Below are positions 10,947 to 19,438 of a stretch of DNA of 64,000 bases, piece by piece. Under the pieces are notes generated by a model. That model was not told the origin of the DNA and searched no databases. It saw only the letters and a list, made by a program, of their open reading frames with translations. The number at the start of each line of letters is the position of its first letter. Positions within the stretch are counted from its first letter, which is position 1. The DNA is from Nitrosopumilaceae archaeon (GTDB lineage Archaea > Thermoproteota > Nitrososphaeria > Nitrososphaerales > Nitrosopumilaceae): contig OZ242365.1 of assembly GCA_965208905.1 (NCBI GenBank), positions 1,120,001 to 1,184,000 of the forward strand. Direction: 5' to 3'. The translations under genes were made by a program, and so were the position numbers.

Positions 10947-12206
10947 TTAAACACGTGAGTTAGTCTTTGCGGCGGCCTGTATCAATGTCAACAATTTATC
11001 GTGGCCCTCTATGGTAATTCCAGCAGCCTCACCAGGGGTGATATTGCCGTCCAAGCCAAGATGCGGTCTTACATGGTTATGATAGATTCGTAGTCCTGAT
11101 AATATTGGGGAGTTATCTTTTTTGAGGCCCCGTATTACATCTTCCCGTAACCGTATGGTATTCCCGTTGAATGATTCCATTTGGTTGTTATGATGTATGC
11201 CGTCAAAGGCAACATCATGAATGTGTTCCGTGTTCTTGTGCAGAAAGTTCTTTGCTTTATACTGTTGTTTCCAAGCGTGGTGAAAGTTGGCGGCCTTGTC
11301 ACTGATTAGTGTAGTTGGGACTTTGCCAGCTACTTGTTTGGCCTCTTTGAACATGGGTTCAACATCATCATTACCCTTGTGTTCGGCCACCATTTTGGCC
11401 AACCAATAACGGGTTTCTGAATCCAACATTGCGAATAGGTATCGTCTATTTCCCTTGACCTTCATGTAGATTTCATCCGTGCGCCAAGCCTCTCCGACCT
11501 GTGGCCTTATCTTGTCTAGATATGTTTCCATCAATTCGGCATAATCTTCTGACCAATTGTATACTGTAACGTGGCTTACCTTCACGCTAAATCGCTCTAG
11601 AAATGTTGCGGCCTTTCTGGTGGATAGTCCTGCAAAGACCAGTTCAACGGCTTGGGTTATTTGTTCGGGTGTTGCGTGTTTTTTCTCAAAGCCTAGATTG
11701 TGTATAAATCGCTTGTTACAGTCTTTACATTTGAATTGCTGAACTGGACCTTTCTTGAATTTCCGTATGCAGTCTTTGTGTATATTCTCTGAACCACAAT
11801 GTTTACACCGTGTAACATCAACTTGCTTGATGACTGTTTTAGGTACTTCCTCTTGGACGGCTTCCCTTAGGCGCCGTGATATTTCAACGGCATGGGCGTG
11901 CTTGCATACAACACCCCTGTACATTGAATCGGGACAGGAACAAACCCATCCCGATTCTGTATGTATTACCTCATAGACCTTATTGGAAGATTGAGATCTA
12001 ACAGTATAAGTTGTATCATCAACTCTTGTTATCTGATTAGGCTTGCTTGCTATCTGCGCACCCCTTGTGATTCTAGCCTTTTGGCCGGGGCTATGATTTT
12101 TATCAGGTAATACAACAGTAGGCTCAGAGTGCAAATCTCTCGTCATTGGGGCTGATTCCCCTTTGGCATTTGTTTTCATCATCGCATTTACTGTTGTTTT
12201 ACTCAT
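10947..12206 (-). CDS. DDE transposase (IS6/IS240-like core) with N-terminal SWIM Zn finger and Zn-ribbon
   Basis: CSCPDSMYRGVVCKH (SWIM); CKHCGS...FKCKDC (Zn ribbon); WRTDE / LISDK / NNQMESFN (D-D-E). Likely start MSKTT at 12206 (track start 12224). Confidence 0.85.
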   Translation of the reverse strand: MSKTTVNAMMKTNAKGESAPMTRDLHSEPTVVLPDKNHSPGQKARITRGAQIASKPNQITRVDDTTYTVRSQSSNKVYEVIHTESGWVCSCPDSMYRGVVCKHAHAVEISRRLREAVQEEVPKTVIKQVDVTRCKHCGSENIHKDCIRKFKKGPVQQFKCKDCNKRFIHNLGFEKKHATPEQITQAVELVFAGLSTRKAATFLERFSVKVSHVTVYNWSEDYAELMETYLDKIRPQVGEAWRTDEIYMKVKGNRRYLFAMLDSETRYWLAKMVAEHKGNDDVEPMFKEAKQVAGKVPTTLISDKAANFHHAWKQQYKAKNFLHKNTEHIHDVAFDGIHHNNQMESFNGNTIRLREDVIRGLKKDNSPILSGLRIYHNHVRPHLGLDGNITPGEAAGITIEGHDKLLTLIQAAAKTNSRV

Positions 12207-12304
12207 AGTATAGGTAAATAACATGCCATATATAAAGTATAGGTAAATAAATTTATCAATTATAAATAGGTAAATTTATATGATATACAATTTATTTACC
12301 TATA
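12207..12304. promoter_or_regulatory. divergent promoter region with four (AGT)ATAGGTAAAT(AA) boxes
   Basis: Direct copies at 12207-12221, 12236-12250 and 12266-12275; inverted copy at 12292-12304; TATA-like stretches between them. Confidence 0.7.
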
Positions 12305-12492
12305 TGACAAGATTAAGTGATAATGAAACCGTGTTGACTTTGGCAGTATCAAAGAGTAAATCATTACGGACCACAGTACCAATTCATATCATACGTAAAT
12401 TGGAGGTTAGTCCAGGAGATCATGTTACTTGGGATTTAGACAAAACAGACAACGGAGAATGGATAGCAATTATGAGAAAAAAAGACGGATAG
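12304..12492 (+). CDS. AbrB/MazE/SpoVT-family small DNA-binding protein
   Basis: SLRTTVPIHIIRKLEVSPGDHVTW is the swapped-hairpin signature. Confidence 0.8.
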   Translation: MTRLSDNETVLTLAVSKSKSLRTTVPIHIIRKLEVSPGDHVTWDLDKTDNGEWIAIMRKKDG

Positions 12493-12533
12493 AAATGATG
12501 TCAAGAAAACACAAAAAGGAGTAAGATGTGGGA

Positions 12534-13323
12534 ATGATGTTGTTAAAGAAAGAGCCAAAATCTCCTCTTAGGTACGCTGGTGGTAAGTCAAGAGGCGTAA
12601 TGGAGATCTCAAAATACATCCCAAACGGCACTAAAGAAATGGCATCCCCCTTCTTGGGGGGGGGGGGCTGTGGAGATTGCTTGCGCAAACAATGGTGTTT
12701 TTGTTTATGGCTATGATAATTTTCAGCCGTTAGTAGAATTTTGGCAATGCATACTCGCCGACCCTGTAAAACTTGCACAAATCATACAAGAGTATTACCC
12801 GTTACCAAAACTTGATTTTTATCGACTTCAAAAAACCCAATCAGACTATACATCAAAGTATAGGAGAGCTGCAATCTTCTTTGTTATTAACAGGGCGTCT
12901 TTTTCAGGTACCACCCTTTCTGGTGGAATGTCGCCCAATCATCCCCGATTTACAAAGTCCTCCATAGAACGTGTGTCGAATTTCAAAATAGACAAACTAT
13001 CAGTCGAATTAATGGATTTTAGAAATTCCATAACAAAATCAGAAAACATGTTGTTGTATCTTGATCCACCATACCCATTGAAAAATTGTAGTCTTTATGG
13101 GAGGAGGGGAAATATGCATAACGGATTTGATCATGAAGGACTGGCCAAGATTCTCCATTCTAGGGATAAGTGGATATTATCATATAGTAATACTGCATAC
13201 ATACGTGAGCTATACCAAGATTACCATATAGTCACACCAGAATGGAAATATGGCATGTCGGTTGACAAAAAATCAAAAGAGGTTTTGATCCTAAGTGATG
13301 ATTTGGCAAGGCTAATTCCATGA
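12534..13323 (+). pseudogene. Dam/D12-class N6-adenine methyltransferase, frameshifted in a G12 tract (phase-variable or sequencing indel)
   Basis: KSPLRYAGGKS and SPFLGG lie in one frame; VEIAC, NRASFSG and LYLDPPY lie in the next. Removing one G from 12656-12667 gives FLGGGAVEIAC. Confidence 0.85.
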
Positions 13324-14261
13324 CATTGCAGACAGAATCGGGTAAGGCATTTGAATATGCTTTAGCTTATACAATCAGTAACAAATTACATTCAAAACAA
13401 AATGTGGAATTGATGTTGAACCCCACATATGAAAATACTAAGAGTTGTTTTGAAAAATTTGATATTAACATACAAAAGAAATACTTGGAGTCTGCTATTT
13501 CGACTGTAGATCATATAATTACCATCGAGCCAAGACTTGAAAATCCACTACGTAATGATTGCACACTACGAATCGAAATACAACCAGACCGAACAGGACA
13601 GTCTGGCGATGTTCGGGATATAATCACAGTAAGTTCGGATGACAACTGGCAGATTGGGTTCTCTGCCAAGAATAACCACGATGCCGTGAAGCATTCCCGT
13701 TTATCACACCTGATAAATTTTGGTCAGAAGTGGTTCGGCATACCATGTTCGGATGAGTACATGGATGAGGCAGGAAGGATATTTGGAGAACTCAAAAACA
13801 AAATGTCAAAAAGTAAGAATCTAACATGGTCGCAATTACCAAATAAGGTTGATGATTATTACCTTCCAGTACTATACGCCTTCCAAACTGAAATATGCCG
13901 ACTTGCCCAGAAAAACGCACTTATACCTCAAATGTTGATAGAATATCTTGTGGGCAAACATGATTTTTACAAGATCATGAAATACAACACATACACATTG
14001 ATACAGGGCTACAATCTACATGGTACGTTAGGAAAGCCATCCAAAAATATCAAACCACGATACAAGATTCCAATATTGAGCCCACCTACCGAGATAATTA
14101 AAACCAGTATAGAGAGAACCAACACACTACACATGATCTTGAACAATGGTTGGGAGTTGTCCTTCAGAATCCACAATGCAAGAACACATGTAGAACCTTC
14201 ATTGAAATTTGACATTAAGTTAATAGGAATACCAAATACTATGTACAATGATCGTGTCTAG
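13320..14261 (+). CDS. HaeIII-family type II restriction endonuclease
   Basis: GKAFEYA, GDVRDI, GFSAKNNHDAVKHSRLS and SFRIHNA...EPSLKFDI motifs. Confidence 0.8.
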   Translation: MTLQTESGKAFEYALAYTISNKLHSKQNVELMLNPTYENTKSCFEKFDINIQKKYLESAISTVDHIITIEPRLENPLRNDCTLRIEIQPDRTGQSGDVRDIITVSSDDNWQIGFSAKNNHDAVKHSRLSHLINFGQKWFGIPCSDEYMDEAGRIFGELKNKMSKSKNLTWSQLPNKVDDYYLPVLYAFQTEICRLAQKNALIPQMLIEYLVGKHDFYKIMKYNTYTLIQGYNLHGTLGKPSKNIKPRYKIPILSPPTEIIKTSIERTNTLHMILNNGWELSFRIHNARTHVEPSLKFDIKLIGIPNTMYNDRV

Positions 14262-14334
14262 GTATAATCCAACTCACTCACTTAACACCATACATCAACT
14301 CACGTTAACTTAACAGCCCCGAATAGAGTAGTAT

Positions 14335-14580
14335 ATGGCAATTTTAACAAAAATAACAGTAGCGGGACACAGACAAATCTACAGATATAATGATGACGTT
14401 TTGGTATATGTGAATAAGCAATCCGACTTCAGACCGGGTTTACGTGACATTCAAGGACATATCTTAATGTCAAAGGTGGAGGCTGATCAAGCCAAATCCA
14501 TGCCGGTTACCTTGACAGAGAATGGTAATGCCGAACATTGTTCCAAATGTTTAGAATATAATGGCTTTCGATTGATATGA
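14335..14580 (+). CDS. hypothetical protein
   Basis: 81-aa ORF whose stop overlaps the next start (ATGA coupling). Confidence 0.55.
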   Translation: MAILTKITVAGHRQIYRYNDDVLVYVNKQSDFRPGLRDIQGHILMSKVEADQAKSMPVTLTENGNAEHCSKCLEYNGFRLI

Positions 14581-15167
14581 TACAAATACCCGAAGTAGCA
14601 ATCAATGACACCAACAAGGTATACCCATACTGTGTAATAGGCGCCCCGCCACAACACATCAAACTTCCCATCTCAAAGGGCGTAATATCCATTGGTAATA
14701 ACAACATCATACGAGAGTTTACTACGATACACTTACCTACCCAGGATGTCACAAAGATAGGTAATGACAACTACATTATGTCATATTGTCATATAGCGCA
14801 TGATTGTATTCTACACGATAATATTATCTTAGCGACGAGAGTTACACTAGGCGGCCATGTAGTGATATATGACAACGCTTACCTAGGACAGTGTAGTGCG
14901 GTACACCCACATTGTAGAATAGGACGGAATGCCATGATTGGAATGAGTTGCCCAATCGTGAAGGATGTGCCACCATTCGCGCTGATTAATCAGGGAAAGT
15001 TCACAAAGATAAACAAGACCGGGTTAAAACGCGCTGGTGTTTCGGATGAGGACATTAACGGTATCGAGGATGTATATCGTGGTAAAAACAGACACTCTAC
15101 GTGGTATGAGAAAGAGATAGAAGTATTCATGGAGAATGCCAAATCAGTATATGCACCGGAATTTTAG
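14577..15167 (+). CDS. LpxA-like hexapeptide-repeat acyltransferase
   Basis: IGAPPQ, IREFTTIH, TKIGNDNYIMSYCHIAHDC and KDVPPF closely follow LpxA. Confidence 0.8.
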   Translation: MIQIPEVAINDTNKVYPYCVIGAPPQHIKLPISKGVISIGNNNIIREFTTIHLPTQDVTKIGNDNYIMSYCHIAHDCILHDNIILATRVTLGGHVVIYDNAYLGQCSAVHPHCRIGRNAMIGMSCPIVKDVPPFALINQGKFTKINKTGLKRAGVSDEDINGIEDVYRGKNRHSTWYEKEIEVFMENAKSVYAPEF

Positions 15168-15172
15168 GTGAG

Positions 15173-15440
15173 GGTAAGTTATTGGGTGTTAAGCTTGGAG
15201 GATGGGTGGGGGTCAGCATAACTTCCCAGTTCCTAACCAAAACTACAGATTTGCACAATATCTGATTATTTCAGGGGGTCCGACCAAACTTACCATCACT
15301 GGCAGATTTTGCCAAGGCTCCCAGATCAGAAATGAGTTTCGGTGGAAGGTAGACCACGTTAGGATAGTCATGCCCGACTCTTAAATACGGGAAATCGTGC
15401 CCAACCCATCGTCCCTTAGAATGATCTACCGACACTTACC
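15173..15440 (-). ncRNA. candidate ~270-nt structured non-coding RNA of unknown class
   Basis: Five nested complementary segments, a GUGA-tetraloop hairpin, a TATA-like box ~25 nt upstream, and no credible ORF. Confidence 0.55.
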
Positions 15441-15507
15441 AGCCACATCTGCGGGAAGGATATAACTAGAGTATTTGATATTTTGTGTGTGACTCTTTTG
15501 GTATGTA

Positions 15508-16386
15508 TTATACACGTAGATGAAATGCTCCATCTATGGCTACTGCCAAAAATATGATTGTCAGATATGGCGCAGTCACCTTGTATGCCCGCCAGGCAAA
15601 GTCGGATGTGGGGTTTTGTGTCAGTTTATAGTGGTATAACAACATGAGGCCTCCAGAGACCGACGCTATGCCTAGGTATAGCAACCCCATACCAAACATG
15701 TACAACATTAAAGAGTATGGAACCAGTATCAGTGTGTTTGCCAGTATATACTTGGAGGTACGCCTCATGCCTATCACTACCGGCAACATAGGAACATTTG
15801 CCTGTTCGTACTCGTCGCGAATCTTCATGGCCAGACACCAAAAGTGTGAGGGTGTCCATACAAATACCAAAAATCCCACCAAAAACCCCAATAGATCTAG
15901 TGTACCTGTGGCTGCTGACCATCCTGCCCAGGATGCCGCACTACCGGCTATACCTCCTATCACTATATTTGATGTATTTAACCGCTTCAGCCAGACTGTG
16001 TATATTATAACATATGAGAATATTCCCACTGCTATGAAGAAGGCAGATACCACATTTATCAGAAAGTATCCATATATCACAGAGGCACAACTTAATACCA
16101 ATCCATAGAACAATACGGTCTTGGCAGATATACGTCCGGCAGGAATGGGACGTGTACTTGTACGAGTCATTCGAGGGTCTATGTCACGATCATAGTAATG
16201 GTTGAGGGCACTACTTCCTGCAGATGCAAGTGCCCCTGCAACTACTATATGCAGATATGTCATGTATGTTATGTCTACCGGGTCTGGTGAGAGTTGGCTG
16301 GCACCATACAGTGATGCCACTGCTGTAATCACCAACAATACCACAATTCGGGGCTTTGAAACCTCTAGAATATCTTTGAGTGCCAA
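15508..16386 (-). CDS. cyoE: protoheme IX farnesyltransferase
   Basis: DRDIDPRMTRTSTRPIP, YTVWLKR and WTPSHFW motifs. Confidence 0.93.
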   Translation of the reverse strand: MALKDILEVSKPRIVVLLVITAVASLYGASQLSPDPVDITYMTYLHIVVAGALASAGSSALNHYYDRDIDPRMTRTSTRPIPAGRISAKTVLFYGLVLSCASVIYGYFLINVVSAFFIAVGIFSYVIIYTVWLKRLNTSNIVIGGIAGSAASWAGWSAATGTLDLLGFLVGFLVFVWTPSHFWCLAMKIRDEYEQANVPMLPVVIGMRRTSKYILANTLILVPYSLMLYMFGMGLLYLGIASVSGGLMLLYHYKLTQNPTSDFAWRAYKVTAPYLTIIFLAVAIDGAFHLRV

Positions 16387-17038
16387 TTAAAGCATTATGT
16401 TATGTATATACATTTAATTTCTTTGGAACTGTGACATCTTAGGTACATGGTCCATGAGATGAAACAGTCTGTGTTTCCACAGATGTTGACGGTGAACCGC
16501 CATTCCGAGGAGCTCCATTGAGATGTCTCTTATTGGTCGAACTGTACAGCCCAACCTTTGGACAGCCTGTGCAGACCATCACGTCATGAACACTTGGAGG
16601 ATGTGTGCAAGCACCAAGATGTATCCTTCCTCTCAAGACCATTCCGGCCTTGTCTTGCAGTGAATACACGGACTACGCCCGCCTACTCCACTGCACTGCA
16701 TAAAAAATAAACAGTATGTTGAACGCCGTGTTGACATCCGCGTGCATCAGAACCCCCAATTATAACCCCTGAACTGGCTGCTGTGGCGCCATGTGTTTGT
16801 ACTGTCACACATACAGTATTGTTGTGAAGTGTATTTTGGGTTAGCTACGTGCTCCAACAGTGTATATCTAAAAAATCACTTGACCAAATGTAGTTACCGG
16901 ACGCTATACGCTACTGTGTTGCCCGTATTGTTTATGATTCCTGTTTTTAGCCATTGCCGCAATTATATTGCAGATGTTATGCACCTGAACGTTCCAAGCC
17001 CATATAGTATGGACTTTATACCATTGGAACGCAGCCTA

Positions 17039-17683
17039 CTAGACTTTGTGTATCGGCGGTCGACCCCTATGCTCTCCGGTTATGATGTAATTCACCGAAT
17101 CACTCATGAATAGGGCATGATCCGCTATGCGCTCTAAATATCTCAAAACAAGGGCTTCGGCCATGGCACATTTTGTGTCTTTGGAGTTTATCAGGGACAG
17201 CATCCTTTCACGATATATGATGTCCACCATTGCTTCCTGTTCTTGTATGTGTCTTGCCTTGTCCAGATTTAATGTGGCAAATGAGAGTATGGCATCTTTC
17301 ACCATCCTCTCGACCAAAACGAATGAATCATTCAGATGTGTACGAACACATCTGCGCAGATCGCCAAACGAGTCACGAATCAATGTTATATCATAAGCAT
17401 ATCGGCCAAACCGCAGAAAGTCATAAGATATCTCTATGGATGAACGTGTGAATCGAAAGTCTTGCGCAACTGGTTGATATTTTAAGAGTATCTCAAAGGT
17501 TAGGTTTCCGACCTCAAAGTATTTTTTACTTATCATGTCTGATATCTTTAGAGCCTCACTACTGGTATTGGTCCCTACAACAAATGACTCTGTCGCCAAA
17601 GACATAATCTTGATGTCCAAAGTCCCCATCTCGCTTAATGCAAACGAGAGTTTCTTTAGAGATGGATCTATGAGCCGTACCAT
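17039..17683 (-). CDS. phoU: phosphate uptake regulator PhoU
   Basis: YQPVAQD and LERIADHA motifs; downstream of pstB. Confidence 0.85.
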   Translation of the reverse strand: MVRLIDPSLKKLSFALSEMGTLDIKIMSLATESFVVGTNTSSEALKISDMISKKYFEVGNLTFEILLKYQPVAQDFRFTRSSIEISYDFLRFGRYAYDITLIRDSFGDLRRCVRTHLNDSFVLVERMVKDAILSFATLNLDKARHIQEQEAMVDIIYRERMLSLINSKDTKCAMAEALVLRYLERIADHALFMSDSVNYIITGEHRGRPPIHKV

Positions 17684-18514
17684 TTAACCGAATTGGCCTT
17701 GGACATATTTAGCAGTTAGTTTGTCAACTGGCCTCTCAAAGACCTGCTTTGTCTTTCCATGTTCGACAAGCTTTCCTAGATACATAAAACCAGTATAGTC
17801 AGAGCAACGGACTGCCTGTTGCATGTTGTGCGTCACTATGATTATGCAATAATCTTTTTTGAGCTCTTCGATGGTCTCTTCAATCTTTTGTGTAGCTATG
17901 GGGTCTAATGCAGAGGCAGGCTCATCCATCAGCAGTACTTCGGGTTGTATGGCCAAGGCTCGAGCTATACACAGGCGTTGCTGTTGACCACCTGAAAGTT
18001 CCATGGCAGGTTTCTTCAATATGTCCTTGACCTCCTCCCATAGATATGCCATATTCAGACAGTCCTCTACTATCTCATCTAGAATGTCCTTGTTCCTGAC
18101 CCCGTTCAACTTGACTCCCGCCACCACATTATCGTATATACTCATGGTGGGAAATGGGTTGGGTTTCTGAAATACCATTCCCACTTTTCTGCGGTGGTAT
18201 ATGGGATCAATTCTTTTATCATACAAGTCAGCACCATCCAGTAATACGCGTCCTTCCACCTTGGCATCTGGCGTCATATCGTGCATACGATTTAAGCATC
18301 TCAGATATGTGGTCTTGCCGCAACCAGACGGTCCTATGAGTGCAGTTACAGACTTTTCAGGAAACGCCAGTGTGAGGTCTTGAACCGCATGCGTCTTTCC
18401 ATAGTATATGTTGATGTTCTCGGTTCGCATCTTGTATCTGGTCTGTGGTTTATCTATTGTTGTGATTGTGGCACTTCTGTCTGTCATTACAGTACTCATC
18501 CTCTCATCCAACAC
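17684..18514 (-). CDS. pstB: phosphate ABC transporter ATPase
   Basis: [16 protein letters not shown] and [14 protein letters not shown] motifs. Confidence 0.95.
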   Translation of the reverse strand: MLDERMSTVMTDRSATITTIDKPQTRYKMRTENINIYYGKTHAVQDLTLAFPEKSVTALIGPSGCGKTTYLRCLNRMHDMTPDAKVEGRVLLDGADLYDKRIDPIYHRRKVGMVFQKPNPFPTMSIYDNVVAGVKLNGVRNKDILDEIVEDCLNMAYLWEEVKDILKKPAMELSGGQQQRLCIARALAIQPEVLLMDEPASALDPIATQKIEETIEELKKDYCIIIVTHNMQQAVRCSDYTGFMYLGKLVEHGKTKQVFERPVDKLTAKYVQGQFG

Positions 18515-18517
18515 CTC

Positions 18518-19438
18518 TTACCCTCTTAATACCCCTCTTAACCCTTTGCCGCTTTTGTCCCTCAGAAAGAAGTAGCGTACACCCAGATGTATGGCAAATA
18601 TGATGATTACCAGTGTAAGTGCAGCCCCCCACCCGGCAATTCGGGCCTCATCGTATGGCTGTAGTGATAGGCGCCATATCCTTAAGGGTAGAGCATCAGT
18701 CGATGAGTCAAACCCACTAAAGAATATGTTACTACCTAGAATTGTCATTATGAGAGGTGCGGTTTCGCCCCCCACCCTAGATATGGACAGCAGTACTCCG
18801 GTCAGTATGCCTTTCTTTGCTTGTGATAGTACTATACGCAGTGTGATTACCATCTTTGATAACCCTAAAGCCGCCCCCGCCTCACGATATGTCCATGGGA
18901 CCATACGGAGAGCCTCTTCGGTGGATCTGGCAACTATGGGGAACATTATGAACGACAAGGCTATGGCTCCAGCCCAGACTGTATAGTATCCCAAAGTCAG
19001 TACAATTGCCAAAAATGCAAATATGCCCAACACAATGGAGGGTACCTGCATAAAGACATCCATAAAGAATCGAATCTGCTTGGCAAAACGACTATTCCCA
19101 CCATACTCTGATAGATATATCCCACCCATTATTCCAATGGGAAGTCCAATCAAAGATGTCAGGGCTATTATAATTACAGTGCCTTGTATGGCGGGTCCTA
19201 TGGATATCTGACCTGCTCCCACGGCTCCGGGTTTACCTGTCAGAAACTCCCAGTTTAGCGCCGGCACGCCACTATACACTGCAGTCCCTAAAATCCATAT
19301 CAGAGGTATTATTGCCATAAGGGCGCAGACTATCACAGTGCCCACTACAATCTTATCCACCCAAAGACGTCTCCTTACATTGGACTTGAACATGGCTCGT
19401 ATCTCGGCACGCTTCTGTTGCCGATCTGTATACGTCAA
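18518..19438 (-). CDS. pstA: phosphate ABC transporter permease
   Basis: PSIVLG, EAGAALG and GETAPL motifs. Confidence 0.92.
   Translation of the reverse strand: MTYTDRQQKRAEIRAMFKSNVRRRLWVDKIVVGTVIVCALMAIIPLIWILGTAVYSGVPALNWEFLTGKPGAVGAGQISIGPAIQGTVIIIALTSLIGLPIGIMGGIYLSEYGGNSRFAKQIRFFMDVFMQVPSIVLGIFAFLAIVLTLGYYTVWAGAIALSFIMFPIVARSTEEALRMVPWTYREAGAALGLSKMVITLRIVLSQAKKGILTGVLLSISRVGGETAPLIMTILGSNIFFSGFDSSTDALPLRIWRLSLQPYDEARIAGWGAALTLVIIIFAIHLGVRYFFLRDKSGKGLRGVLRG

Larger units (their letters stand above)
10912..14320. mobile_element. 3.4-kb cargo-carrying transposon (IS6/IS1-like DDE transposase, regulator, R-M genes)
   Basis: Perfect 23-bp TIRs GGGGCTGTTAAGTTAACGTGAGT at 10912-10934 and, inverted, at 14298-14320. 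Imperfect similarity extends to ~50 bp. GAA flanks both ends (10909-10911, 14321-14323). Confidence 0.85.

Noticed and set aside
15173-15440. SRP RNA, RNase P RNA or hammerhead ribozyme identity for the structured region
   Set aside because: No CAGG-stem-GNRA-stem-AGCA helix 8, no GAGGAA..UCC or ACAGAA RNase P boxes, and no CUGANGA core on either strand.
16530-16575. Short resemblance to the 23S rRNA peptidyl-transferase region (minus strand GGTTGGGCTGT)
   Set aside because: The match is ~11 nt and its flanks do not continue as rRNA.
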